This document shows, one piece after another, positions 8,512-18,752 of a stretch of 64,000 nucleotides of DNA (its first letter is position 1; every line of letters starts with the position of its first letter). The notes below the pieces were generated by a model, which had not been told where the DNA came from, searched no databases, and saw nothing but the letters and a program-made list of their open reading frames with translations. The translations under genes were made by a program, and so were the position numbers. Origin of the DNA: Rickettsia typhi (GTDB lineage: Bacteria > Pseudomonadota > Alphaproteobacteria > Rickettsiales > UBA1997); contig CAMDJZ010000002.1 of the NCBI GenBank assembly GCA_945901265.1, positions 12,947 through 76,946 on the forward strand, read 5' to 3'.

Positions 8512-10635
8512 TTGATGATATATTTTGATTTTTTAAAAATTTATAAAAAAATTGAGGATTTGCGCCTAAAAAATGCCAAGCTTATTAGTAATTTATTGCA
8601 AAAAACTACTAATAATTTCTTAGAAAATACTCAAAAAAGTTTATCGAAGCCTTTCAATATTTTGCTAATAAGCATAGGGATTATTGTTTTTGGCATAGTA
8701 ATAAGATCATTTTCACCATTTGATCATTTCCAAATATTGAGCTCAGATAGTTTTATATTGCCAAATCAACAAAAAATAATGCTTGGCGAATTAATGAATA
8801 ATTCGATAGTCAAGATTATTGAAAAATTTGAATTAAATAATTTTGTAATTGCAGAGTTAGTGTTATTTTTTCTAGGAATTGTAACCTGCTGGACAAGTTA
8901 TAAGCTTTTAAAAAAATCGATATTTAGCTTCGATAGAGTAGGGTTAAATTTAATTATATTAAGTGAAGTTTTTATATATTTTATTGCTTTTAATTTTAGC
9001 GATAATGCAATGTTTAATTTTAATAAACATTATTTAATATCGTTATTTATTATTTATTATTCACTTATTGCAACTAACAATAGTGATAAAAAAATAAGCT
9101 ATGATTTTCTAATAGCTATTATAAGTGCACTTTTAATATTATTAAAAATGCAAAATATTTTCTTAGTAATTTTTGGTGAAATATTTTTATTTTTTTTAAG
9201 AAAAAGACCAAAAAATACTGGATATTTTTTAATTAGATTAATGATCTTCTTGGCAATTATTGCTATTTATTGGACTATGATTATCAAGGGTTCGATCTAT
9301 AATGTATTTTTATTTGATTTTACAAATTGGCATTTTTTCTTACATAAATTCTTTGATCATAAAATTATAAATGAAATTTATCTAAATCAGCATTCGCGAG
9401 GATTTTTTTGGATGCTTAGCCAAGAAATTTTCTTAGTTTTTTTGATGCTTTTTTGTTATCGACAAATTTTAAATTCAAAAATAATTTTTAGCAATCAAGT
9501 AAATAAGGCTTCTCAGCAAATATTACTAAATTTCTTTTGGATAATATTTTTAGCTTCTTTGATTATGAGTTTATGCGCAAATAGAATCGATTATAATGAA
9601 AAAGAAATTTTTTGTTTGTTAAATTTTCCAGCAGTAATTTATATTTTCTTTAATATCTTATTTACTAAAAGAATTGATTTTAAAAGACATGGAATAGCCC
9701 TAGCTATCATTGCTGTAATTGGCTTTAGCGATAGTAAAATATTTTTTGAAATATTTTTTTATTTTCCTTATATTTGGTTTGTATTTTTTATAATTTTTTC
9801 AACAAAATTAAAGCATAAAATTTTAAAAAATAATTTGAGCTCCAAGTTAAATGATTTGGAGAAGTTTTTTGTTTTATATTCAAAAAAAACAATATTTTTA
9901 TTTGTTGTTATAGTTACCATTTTTCTAATCATGGAGTTTATAATTAACTTTTTATTAGCATGGCTGATAGCTTTAATTTTATTATGCTTGATGATAGTAA
10001 ATTATCATAGAATTAACCAAAAATTATTTTCTGTTAAGAAAAATCATTTTCTAATTTCAGTTATTTTTATAGTTAATTTTGTTTATTTTTTTAATTTTGT
10101 TTTGGCTAATTTTCGAATTTATGGGGATAAGAATTTTTATTTCTTTGCGAAGGAAAGGCAAGATATTAAATCTATCCTAATCAATGAAATCAATTACTTA
10201 GGAAATAAAAATAATCAAACATTAATTATCTCATCACCTCACAATTCTTTCCAAGATATTTCTACTTTTATAAAAAATAAAATCACTAATCATGTTGAAA
10301 TACCTTACTTTTCTGGCGTTAATTTGGCAAATAAAAATGAATATTATGAAATTGGTAATAATCTAGAGAAATTTATCAATATTGCCAATAATGTAATTGC
10401 CATTGATAATAGCGCTATTATTGGCAAATATTTTTGTGCAATTTCTAACTTTGAGCAAATGATGCGCTTTGGTTATTTTAAAAAACCCCTTAATGATAAT
10501 TATTTTTTTTATAAAAGGATTAAAATTTTTTATAGCTTTAAAGATGATTTAAATTTTTATGATAATACCGAATTGTCAATTATTGCTTCAACGCAATTTA
10601 TAATTTATGATTATGAAATATTTTTAAGAAAATAA
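8512..10635 (+). CDS. large polytopic membrane protein, paralog A (unknown family, possibly GT-C-like)
   Basis: 707 aa with well over ten hydrophobic segments by eye and a soluble C-terminal ~170 aa. It shares sequence blocks with the next ORF. The real start may be the ATG at 8515. Confidence 0.6.
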   Translation: MMIYFDFLKIYKKIEDLRLKNAKLISNLLQKTTNNFLENTQKSLSKPFNILLISIGIIVFGIVIRSFSPFDHFQILSSDSFILPNQQKIMLGELMNNSIVKIIEKFELNNFVIAELVLFFLGIVTCWTSYKLLKKSIFSFDRVGLNLIILSEVFIYFIAFNFSDNAMFNFNKHYLISLFIIYYSLIATNNSDKKISYDFLIAIISALLILLKMQNIFLVIFGEIFLFFLRKRPKNTGYFLIRLMIFLAIIAIYWTMIIKGSIYNVFLFDFTNWHFFLHKFFDHKIINEIYLNQHSRGFFWMLSQEIFLVFLMLFCYRQILNSKIIFSNQVNKASQQILLNFFWIIFLASLIMSLCANRIDYNEKEIFCLLNFPAVIYIFFNILFTKRIDFKRHGIALAIIAVIGFSDSKIFFEIFFYFPYIWFVFFIIFSTKLKHKILKNNLSSKLNDLEKFFVLYSKKTIFLFVVIVTIFLIMEFIINFLLAWLIALILLCLMIVNYHRINQKLFSVKKNHFLISVIFIVNFVYFFNFVLANFRIYGDKNFYFFAKERQDIKSILINEINYLGNKNNQTLIISSPHNSFQDISTFIKNKITNHVEIPYFSGVNLANKNEYYEIGNNLEKFINIANNVIAIDNSAIIGKYFCAISNFEQMMRFGYFKKPLNDNYFFYKRIKIFYSFKDDLNFYDNTELSIIASTQFIIYDYEIFLRK

Positions 10636-10878
10636 GTTGCCAAAAATAAAGAGTTTTATCGCTTTAAAATTATTTTTTATTTTATCTTCGGCCTAGGTTT
10701 ATTAATGAGCATTTTTTTCAAAGGAATAATTGAAAGCATTTAATGTACAAAATATAAATTACTTAGCCATGGATCCTACAATAATGGCAATTACTGTAAA
10801 ATTTTACTACTGAATATTTTATAAAAATCCTTATTTAAAGAAAATTATTAAAAAGTAATTTTAAAATTATTGATAAGA

Positions 10879-10907
10879 TTGACGTCTTAAGAAAACTTAA
10901 TTATATT
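10879..10907 (+). promoter_or_regulatory. sigma70-like promoter candidate (TTGACG-17-TATATT)
   Basis: TTGACG at 10879..10884, a 17-nt spacer, and TATATT at 10902..10907, about 90 nt upstream of the 10999 start. The AT-rich background makes -10-like hexamers common. Confidence 0.25.
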
Positions 10908-10998
10908 GATAGTAAATTCAATGAATATATTAGGGTAAAAAAATATTTTCTTGTGAGAATGAATTATTAATTTTCTAACTTTTCAAATAAATAAAAAA

Positions 10999-13050
10999 AT
11001 GTTTCCAGAGCTTATTAGAAAATATAATTTAAATCATATAAAATTCTTTCTTTCTTCAAAATCTTTTTTTGTCTTGTCTTCTGCACTGGTTTTAATTTTT
11101 AGTATATTTGTTATCTCCAGTAAAGATATTGGCTTGGATAGCGGAATTTACATTGATATTGGAAGAAAATTTGCTGAAGGTGGAAAATATTATGATCAAA
11201 TTTTTGAGAGTAATTTTCCTTTAAATTTTTATATTTATGCTTTTGAGTATAGGATATCGCAAGTCACCAAGATTCACCCAGTTATACTTTCACAAATCTG
11301 TATCTATATTTTTTTCTTTATTTGCCTATTTTGTTGCCTAAGAATTATAAAAAAAACGACGATTTATGATGATAAAATTTTTGTAAATTTATTATTTCTA
11401 ATTTTTTTCATCGGTTTCTTTCTACGTCATCCTTCAATCGAGCTTAATGAATTAGGTACTAAAAGTACTTTTTTCATGTTGTTTTTCTTTCCTTATCTAC
11501 TATACAGCCTTGAATTAAAAATTGATTTATCGCGTAAGGATTTAATCTATCGAGGCATTTTGATGGGCTTAATTCCATGCTTTAAGCCTAATTATGCAAT
11601 CGTTGTTATCGGGATTGAACTTTTTAAATTTTTTGAAAATAAAACTTGGCGTTTCATTTTTCGCTTAGATCACCTTGTAGCTCTTTTAGTTGGATTAGCA
11701 ATGCTTGATTGGATGATATTTTTTGAAAAAGAATATTTCCAATTCATGATACCCATGTGGCGTGAGCTTTATGGACCCTATAGCGATATTAATTTTTTTA
11801 TAGAAAGAATAAAGAGATTATACTTGATCATCATTCCTTGTTTAGGAATTTGTTTTTTATATCTCTCTAGAATAAAAGATTTATCTTATAATCTTAAAAT
11901 AAATTTTATTGCCTTTATTTCTGCTTTGCTAATGTTGACTTCCGAAGGTCTTGCCTCTATTGATCAAGTGTCAAATTTATTCCTTATAATATTTATTTTC
12001 TGTTTATTTTTTTTCTATAATAAGACTTTAATTTCAATATTAAATATTGCTAAAAATAAATTCATTTTCTTTTCTCTAGTAATTGTCTCTATTGCTGATT
12101 ATTCATCCGTACAGACTGCAATATTTGGGGTTTACTCAGTCTTTTGGTGTCTTTGGATATTGGTTCCAGTATATGCAATTTATTATCTCAGGCAAAAAAA
12201 AATATCTTCAAGTGAATTTATTAAATTTATTATTTTATACTTATTATTCTGCGTTACTTTATATTATCTTATAATTAAGCATGATCTCGAGCTGATCGCT
12301 ATTTATTGTATAATTTTTAATTTTACGATCTGTTACCTATATGAAACAAGGATAAATTTAAAGCAATCGGCTAATTTTTCTTTAATATCATTTACCATGA
12401 TAATTTCTGTGCCAATTATGTTATGTTTTAATTTAACTAATTCTGTATTAGCTGTTTTTAAAAAGGATTCATTTACAAACTCTCTATTTGAAAGCAGCGA
12501 TAAGTTATATTACTATATAAAAAAATATGCTCCTAATAAAAATGATCAAATATTGGTTTTTACCAACAAATCATATCTTTTAAAATTTCCTAATTATAAT
12601 TATCTTGGCAAAGAAAATAAAATCAAAAGTTCAACTCATTTTTTCATTAATTACCGTTTGATTAAAAAAACTAATATTAACAAAGAATCATCTTATATTT
12701 TTACTCCAAATGAATTCAATATATTTTTTTTGGATAAGTATTTTTATGATCAAATGATTGACAGTTTGCAAAGTGATGAATATAAATTAATTTTCTTGGC
12801 CGGTTCACCTTCACTGGAAGGTTTATGCAGCATGCCTTTTATTGAATATTTGGCGATGGTCAAACAATATAAAAAATTATTAAATGATAATTTTCAATAT
12901 GTTGATTCGATTAACATTATTCAATATCACGATAATTATGAACAAAATCAAACATTTGAAATTAACGGTAAAAATTATAAATTAATTGATGAAAAATTTA
13001 TTGATACATCAATAGAAATATATGCTCGAAAAACTAAAGTTAAAAATTAA
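10999..13050 (+). CDS. large polytopic membrane protein, paralog B (possibly GT-C-fold glycosyltransferase-like)
   Basis: 683 aa and highly hydrophobic. The first-loop motif 'LDSGIYIDIGRKFAEGGKYY' resembles the acidic loop motif of the ArnT/PMT/DUF2029 families. The soluble C-terminal domain is shared with paralog A. The stop overlaps the lnt start by 29 nt. Confidence 0.6.
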   Translation: MFPELIRKYNLNHIKFFLSSKSFFVLSSALVLIFSIFVISSKDIGLDSGIYIDIGRKFAEGGKYYDQIFESNFPLNFYIYAFEYRISQVTKIHPVILSQICIYIFFFICLFCCLRIIKKTTIYDDKIFVNLLFLIFFIGFFLRHPSIELNELGTKSTFFMLFFFPYLLYSLELKIDLSRKDLIYRGILMGLIPCFKPNYAIVVIGIELFKFFENKTWRFIFRLDHLVALLVGLAMLDWMIFFEKEYFQFMIPMWRELYGPYSDINFFIERIKRLYLIIIPCLGICFLYLSRIKDLSYNLKINFIAFISALLMLTSEGLASIDQVSNLFLIIFIFCLFFFYNKTLISILNIAKNKFIFFSLVIVSIADYSSVQTAIFGVYSVFWCLWILVPVYAIYYLRQKKISSSEFIKFIILYLLFCVTLYYLIIKHDLELIAIYCIIFNFTICYLYETRINLKQSANFSLISFTMIISVPIMLCFNLTNSVLAVFKKDSFTNSLFESSDKLYYYIKKYAPNKNDQILVFTNKSYLLKFPNYNYLGKENKIKSSTHFFINYRLIKKTNINKESSYIFTPNEFNIFFLDKYFYDQMIDSLQSDEYKLIFLAGSPSLEGLCSMPFIEYLAMVKQYKKLLNDNFQYVDSINIIQYHDNYEQNQTFEINGKNYKLIDEKFIDTSIEIYARKTKVKN

Positions 13051-14629
13051 TAAACTTCTACAAAACTATCCTAAATTTTTGGCAATTATATCTGGAAGCC
13101 TATGTGCTCTGGCTTTTGCGCCATTGAATTTTTTTATAGTTTTATTAATTTCATTGCCAATTTTGTATTTTTTGCTTGAAGAGAATAATTCTAAAAAAGA
13201 TATTTTCATGCGGGGATTTGGTTTTGGTTTTGGTTATTTTTTATCTGGAATTTATTGGATTGCCATCTCGCTTCTAGTTGATGCTCAAAAATTTGCATGG
13301 CTTATCCCTTTTGCCTTAACGATAATTCCGGGATTTTTAGCTTTATATTTCGGCTTCTTAGCAATAGCTTATCGTTTTATAATTAATAAAGTTTGCTTAA
13401 AATTTCACTATCAAAAAATATTAATTTTAGCAATTCTTTGGGTAATTTTTGAAGCTTTGCGCTCAACATTATTCAGTGGTTTTTCTTGGAATCTTTTAGG
13501 ATATGCTTGGTTATTTTCTATTTATTCTTCGCAAAGCGCTTCTTTATTTGGAGTCTATTTCCTAAGCTTCTTGGCAGTTATTTCAGCTCTGTTACCAGTT
13601 ATTTTATTTGATAAAAAAACTATTAAAGCTGATAAAAATTTTGCATTTATTGCGATATTCATTTTATTGATAAATTTTACATTTGGATTTTTTACAATTA
13701 AAAATTCAAATATAATTCCTCATTCTCAAGATAAGATTCGTCTAGTTCAAGCAAACATTAAGCAAGAAATTAAATGGAAAGAAGATGAGCGTTATAATAA
13801 TTTTCTTAAGCATATTGAGCTAACACGCTCAATGCCATTAGATAATGTTAAAGCGGTTATTTGGGCTGAAACATCAACACCTTACATCATTGAAAATGAT
13901 TCCAAAATAATGCCTCTATTAAAACTTGCTATTCCTAAAGATGGCGAATTAATCACTGGAGGATTGAGGGTTGAGCGTTCGAATAAAAATGAAATATCTA
14001 AGGTTTTTAATAGTGTTTTTATGATTAATGCTCAAGGTGTTAATGCAACATATGATAAACATCATCTCGTTCCTTTTGGTGAATATGTTCCCTTGCAAAG
14101 ATTTTTTTCTTTTTTATTTATCGATGAAATAATTGATAAAATTACAGGTTCAGGAATGGGATTTTCAGCTGGAAATGGAGCGCAAACTCTTGAAGCAAAG
14201 CACTTCACTTTTAATCCATTAATTTGCTATGAGGTAATATTTTCGCGTGAAGTTGTTGCTAAAAATCAACATCCTGATTTGTTTATTAATGTCACCAATG
14301 ATGCTTGGTTTGGTAATAGCTCTGGTCCTTATCAACATTTGGCAATTTCGCAAATGCGTGCCATTGAATATTTAACACCTTTGATTCGTGTTGCAGGAAC
14401 TGGAATTTCAGCTTCAATTGATAGTAATGGCAATATTGTTGAAAAGATTGATTTAAATCAAGAGGCTGTAGTTGATGTAGAATTGTTAAAAAAAGGTAAT
14501 TATAGCTTTTACCATCAATATGGCAATATTTCTTTAATTTTTATTTTTATATTAATTTGGTTTTTTATAGCTAAAAATTTTATTATAAAATATTCGAAAA
14601 AACTTCTTAATAAGAAATGTTTTAAATAA
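13022..14629 (+). CDS. lnt: apolipoprotein N-acyltransferase
   Basis: 535 aa with an N-terminal multi-TM region and a C-terminal nitrilase-like domain. The E/K/C triad context is present: 'WAETS', 'YDKHHLVPFGEYVP', 'LICYEVIF'. Confidence 0.85.
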   Translation: MLEKLKLKINKLLQNYPKFLAIISGSLCALAFAPLNFFIVLLISLPILYFLLEENNSKKDIFMRGFGFGFGYFLSGIYWIAISLLVDAQKFAWLIPFALTIIPGFLALYFGFLAIAYRFIINKVCLKFHYQKILILAILWVIFEALRSTLFSGFSWNLLGYAWLFSIYSSQSASLFGVYFLSFLAVISALLPVILFDKKTIKADKNFAFIAIFILLINFTFGFFTIKNSNIIPHSQDKIRLVQANIKQEIKWKEDERYNNFLKHIELTRSMPLDNVKAVIWAETSTPYIIENDSKIMPLLKLAIPKDGELITGGLRVERSNKNEISKVFNSVFMINAQGVNATYDKHHLVPFGEYVPLQRFFSFLFIDEIIDKITGSGMGFSAGNGAQTLEAKHFTFNPLICYEVIFSREVVAKNQHPDLFINVTNDAWFGNSSGPYQHLAISQMRAIEYLTPLIRVAGTGISASIDSNGNIVEKIDLNQEAVVDVELLKKGNYSFYHQYGNISLIFIFILIWFFIAKNFIIKYSKKLLNKKCFK

Positions 14630-14644
14630 ATAAAAATATTTAAA

Positions 14645-15403
14645 CTATTTATATCTAATTGGAAATTGTTGTTCGATAAGAAATTCTTTAGCTTGATTAA
14701 TTGAGATCTCGTTAAAATGAAAAATTGATGCAGCTAATAAAGCCGAAGCTCCGGCATTCAAACCTTGTGCTAAATGCTCCAATTTCCCAACTCCTCCCGA
14801 AGCAATTACAGGGATTTTTGAATTATCGCAAATTTTTTTTAGTAATTCTATATCATATCCTTGCTTGGTTCCGTCTTGATTCATTGAGGTTAATAAAATT
14901 TCACCAGCACCTAATTCCTCTACTTTTTTTGCCCATTCAAAAGCATCAAGATCAGTTTCCTTTTTCCCACCAAATGAAAAAACTTTATATTGACCGTGGC
15001 TATTTTTTTTGACATCAATTGCAACAACAACGCATTGGCTACCGAATTTATTGGCCGAATCACTGATTAATTGGCAATTATTAATCGCCGAGCTATTGAT
15101 GGAAATTTTATCAGCACCTGATTTTAGTAAGCTGTCAAAATCATCGATACAGCGAACTCCACCTCCCACAGTAAAAGGAATAAAGCAAACCTGCGCAACT
15201 TTTCTAACCATATCGATCATGATGTTGCGATTTTCTTGTGAAGCTGAAATGTCAAGAAAGCATAATTCATCAGCTCCTTTCTCGTAATATGATTTGGCAA
15301 GAAATACAGGATCTCCAGCTTCGATTAAATTTTCAAAATTAATACCCTTAACAACCTGATTATTTTTAACATCTAGACATGGAATTATTCGACTTTTAAG
15401 CAT
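14645..15403 (-). CDS. hisF: imidazole glycerol phosphate synthase cyclase subunit
   Basis: 252 aa with 'RIIPCLDVKN', 'DELCFLDISAS', 'TVGGGVR', 'LLTSMNQDGT' and 'IASGGVG'. Confidence 0.9.
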   Translation of the reverse strand: MLKSRIIPCLDVKNNQVVKGINFENLIEAGDPVFLAKSYYEKGADELCFLDISASQENRNIMIDMVRKVAQVCFIPFTVGGGVRCIDDFDSLLKSGADKISINSSAINNCQLISDSANKFGSQCVVVAIDVKKNSHGQYKVFSFGGKKETDLDAFEWAKKVEELGAGEILLTSMNQDGTKQGYDIELLKKICDNSKIPVIASGGVGKLEHLAQGLNAGASALLAASIFHFNEISINQAKEFLIEQQFPIRYK

Positions 15404-15410
15404 ATTTAAA

Positions 15411-15935
15411 TTACAATATTCTATTTAAAACATCATTTTCTTTTTGATCAAAAAAGCGATGTTTAATTACGGCGATAATATGAATTCCAATTAATCCAGC
15501 CAATGTAAATGCCGAAATCTCGTGAATATCATGAAAAATTTTTGCATTATCAATATCAATTGAAGTTATAAATGGTAATAAAATTCCAAAAAATTTAACT
15601 TCAAAGCCGTAAGAATTTGACATTAAATATCCAGAAAGGGGAACAATTAACATTAGAGCATAAAGACCAAAATGACCAAGATGAGCGAAAATTCTTTCAT
15701 ATTTTTTAATAGTTTGAGGAAGGGCGGGGGGATGGTTTATAAAACGATTTATAATGCGAAAACTTAGTAGAATCAATACCAAAACACCAAGTGATTTATG
15801 GAGGTCAAAAAGAGTTAAGCGATTAGCGCTGTCTTGTCCAGCAAAATCAGTAATATATATGCCAAAGCCAATCATAAAAATAATTAGCAATGCCATTATC
15901 CAGTGAAAAACTCTTGATAGTAAGTGATATTTCAT
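15411..15935 (-). CDS. cytochrome b561 family protein
   Basis: 174 aa with four TM helices and conserved His positions ('RVFHWIMA', 'DLHKSLG', 'HLGHFGLY', 'IHIIAVIKH'). Confidence 0.75.
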   Translation of the reverse strand: MKYHLLSRVFHWIMALLIIFMIGFGIYITDFAGQDSANRLTLFDLHKSLGVLVLILLSFRIINRFINHPPALPQTIKKYERIFAHLGHFGLYALMLIVPLSGYLMSNSYGFEVKFFGILLPFITSIDIDNAKIFHDIHEISAFTLAGLIGIHIIAVIKHRFFDQKENDVLNRIL

Positions 15936-15969
15936 ATAAATAGTTTAAAGTAGTTAACAAATAAAATAA

Positions 15970-15995
15970 TCAACAATAATTAAATATATTGTTGA
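15970..15995 (-). terminator. stem-loop terminator candidate after infB
   Basis: 9-bp stem TCAACAATA/TATTGTTGA with an 8-nt loop, starting 8 nt after the infB stop. On the minus strand it is followed by T-rich 'ttattttatttg'. Confidence 0.4.
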
Positions 15996-16002
15996 GAAAA
16001 TG

Positions 16003-18654
16003 TTATATTGATCTTTTCTGTTCAACAATTTCGTAGCACTCTAAAATATCTTTTTCTTTAATATCCTCGTAATTTTCAAATGAAACTCCGCATTCAAAAC
16101 CATGTTTAACTTCCTTAACATCTTCTTTAAAGCGTTTAAGTGTTTTAAGGACTCCGTCATGAACAACTATATTGTCACGAAGAAGTCTAACTCTAGCATT
16201 TCTTTTGATTACCCCATCAGTAACAAAAGATCCAGCAATTTTACCAGATCCAGAAACTTTAAAGACTTGCCTAATTTCAGCTTGACCAAGATGTTCTTCG
16301 CTTTTCAATGGAGTTAATAAACCAGAAAGCAGTAATTTCAAATCATCAACCAAATTATAAATGATTGAATAATAACGAATGTCAATTTTTTTATTGTCAG
16401 CAATATTTTTTGCAGAAGAGTTTGCTCTAACATTAAAACCAATAATCAAAGCTGAAGATGCTAAGGCAAGACTAACATCACTTTCACTAATTCCGCCAGT
16501 TGCAGAGTGAATAATTTTTATCGCTACTTCACTATTACTAAGCTTGGTAATGGTTCCAATAATTGCTTCTACGGAACCGTGAACATCGCCTTTTACAATC
16601 AAGTTAAGATATTTTAACTTTCCTTTACCGGATTCTCTAAAGATATCGCTAAGCGATCTTACTGAGTTTTTAAGAGCTTTATTTTCTTTTTCCTTGCGTG
16701 AGCGGTATGATATAATCTCGCGAGCTTGTCTCTCCTCACTTACCTCGACGAATTTATCGCCAGCGTTTGGCGCTGAATCCAAACCTAAAATTTCAACTGG
16801 AACTGAAGGAGTAATGCTTGTAATATTTTTACCCGTATCATCAGTCATTTTACGAATTTTACCATATGAAGTTCCTGCAACGATTAAGTCTGAAATATCA
16901 AGAGTACCTTTTTGGACAAGAACCGTAGCAATAACACCTTTATTAGCATCAATTCTTGATTCAATAACAACGCCAACTGATTTACCGCGATAAGGAGCTT
17001 TCAAATCAAGCATTTCGGCTTGCAGTAAAATTGCTTCTTCAAGTTTATCAAGATTTGTTTTTGCTTTAGCAGAAACATTTACAAACATTACATCGCCACC
17101 TAATTCTTCAGCAACAATTTGTTGAGTAAGTAATTCGTTTTTTACAATCTCTGGATTACTTCCAGGCTTGTCAATTTTATTAACTGCTACAATAATTGGA
17201 ACATTCGCAGCCTTGGCGTGATTAATCGCCTCAATTGTTTGTTCTTTGACACCATCATCTGCAGCAACAACAAGAACAACTATATCGGTAATATTAGCAC
17301 CACGTGAACGCATTTCGGTAAAAGCTTCATGACCAGGAGTGTCGAGGAAAGTAATGAATTTACCATTTTTAGTTTGAACACGCGAAGCACCAATATGTTG
17401 AGTGATTCCGCCATGTTCTTTATCAACTACGTTAGTTAAGCGAAGCGCATCAAGCAATGAGGTTTTACCGTGATCAACGTGACCCATAATTGTAACAACA
17501 GGTGCGCGAGGTTTTATATCGTCATGATCGTAACTTTCTTCTAAAATATTTTCAATATCATTGTTGGAAATTCTTTTGGAAGTATGACCAAATTCACCAA
17601 TAATAATTTCGGCAGTATCAGCATCAATAGCTTGATTACTTGTAACCACCATACCCATTGAAAATAATTTTTTAACAACATCACCAGCTTTTTCAGACAT
17701 CCGATCAGAAAGTTCTGAAACCGTAATTAGTTCAGGTAAAATAACTTCACGAGCAATTTTTTTATAGTCTTTGTGAGCGTTATTTTCAATTTCATATTTA
17801 TTTTTAAAGCGTGGTTTTCTTCTTCGAGATGAGGTTGGATCAAAGCCATCTTCATTATCAGAATCAATAATATATGTTAAGCGACGAGTATTAAATTTAT
17901 CATCCTTAATTGTTTGACGATTTTTTGAATTAGCTTCTTCTTCGCTAAAAGTTCTTGGAGTATGAACGGTTTTTTTATTTTTCTTGCGATCCTTTTCAAT
18001 TTGTTCTTTTTGAATTTTTTCTTTAGCGAGTTTTTCAGTTTCAACTTTTTTGCGTTCCTGAACTAGTTTTTCTCTTTGCTCCTTTTGTTGATTTGACAAT
18101 GCTACGCTTTGCTTGATTTTGTTTCGAACATCAAAGCTATCTGGATTATAAGATGAAATTTTTTGAGCTAAATGTGATGGTTTCTGTTCATTATGAACAT
18201 TGATCGGCGATTCATTTGATATTGGTTTTTCATCGATATTTTTTGTTAAATGAGAAGGAGAGTGGGAATTTAATTCATCATTAATGGGTAAATTTTTTGG
18301 CGAAGTATCATTTGCTTTAACGGCATTTTCTTTTCTAATATCTTTAATTGATTCTATATTTGAATCTCTAATCTTGTTGAAAACATCATGAGTTTTATGA
18401 TTATCAAATTGATTATTTTTCGACGAAGAAATGGCTTTAAATCTTGCTTCTAATTCATTTTTGTTAAGACCAGTTGAATGTAGGTCGTTACTGTTATTTT
18501 CTTTTTTTCGTCCCTTTATTGTAACGTGCACAGCGGAGCTATTTTGCTTCCTTTCTTTATCTTGATTTTTTTTACCAAGTTCAGAAGAGCTAACTGATGA
18601 AGAAAGTTTCAATGTCAATTTTGAACGGGTGTTACTTGTGTTATTGTCAGTCAT
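16003..18654 (-). CDS. infB: translation initiation factor IF-2
   Basis: 883 aa. G-domain motifs 'GHVDHGKTSLLD', 'DTPGHEAF' and 'NKIDK'. The N-terminal region is K/E/N-rich. Confidence 0.95.
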   Translation of the reverse strand: MTDNNTSNTRSKLTLKLSSSVSSSELGKKNQDKERKQNSSAVHVTIKGRKKENNSNDLHSTGLNKNELEARFKAISSSKNNQFDNHKTHDVFNKIRDSNIESIKDIRKENAVKANDTSPKNLPINDELNSHSPSHLTKNIDEKPISNESPINVHNEQKPSHLAQKISSYNPDSFDVRNKIKQSVALSNQQKEQREKLVQERKKVETEKLAKEKIQKEQIEKDRKKNKKTVHTPRTFSEEEANSKNRQTIKDDKFNTRRLTYIIDSDNEDGFDPTSSRRRKPRFKNKYEIENNAHKDYKKIAREVILPELITVSELSDRMSEKAGDVVKKLFSMGMVVTSNQAIDADTAEIIIGEFGHTSKRISNNDIENILEESYDHDDIKPRAPVVTIMGHVDHGKTSLLDALRLTNVVDKEHGGITQHIGASRVQTKNGKFITFLDTPGHEAFTEMRSRGANITDIVVLVVAADDGVKEQTIEAINHAKAANVPIIVAVNKIDKPGSNPEIVKNELLTQQIVAEELGGDVMFVNVSAKAKTNLDKLEEAILLQAEMLDLKAPYRGKSVGVVIESRIDANKGVIATVLVQKGTLDISDLIVAGTSYGKIRKMTDDTGKNITSITPSVPVEILGLDSAPNAGDKFVEVSEERQAREIISYRSRKEKENKALKNSVRSLSDIFRESGKGKLKYLNLIVKGDVHGSVEAIIGTITKLSNSEVAIKIIHSATGGISESDVSLALASSALIIGFNVRANSSAKNIADNKKIDIRYYSIIYNLVDDLKLLLSGLLTPLKSEEHLGQAEIRQVFKVSGSGKIAGSFVTDGVIKRNARVRLLRDNIVVHDGVLKTLKRFKEDVKEVKHGFECGVSFENYEDIKEKDILECYEIVEQKRSI

Positions 18655-18752
18655 TGGTTAAAATAAATTAATGCATTAAGATTTAAAATTATCATTCTAT
18701 TAAAGAATTTATGCTAATAATTTAGCAAAATAATTAAATCTCGTTAAAAGTC

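Noticed and set aside
10638-10800. Short hydrophobic ORF fragments between the two large membrane genes (TTG-started 'LPKIKSFIALKLFFILSSA*', then 'GLGLLMSIFFKGIIESI*').
   Set aside because: They are interrupted by stops, very short, and have no motif. They could be debris of a decayed gene, but this is unsupportable from sequence alone.
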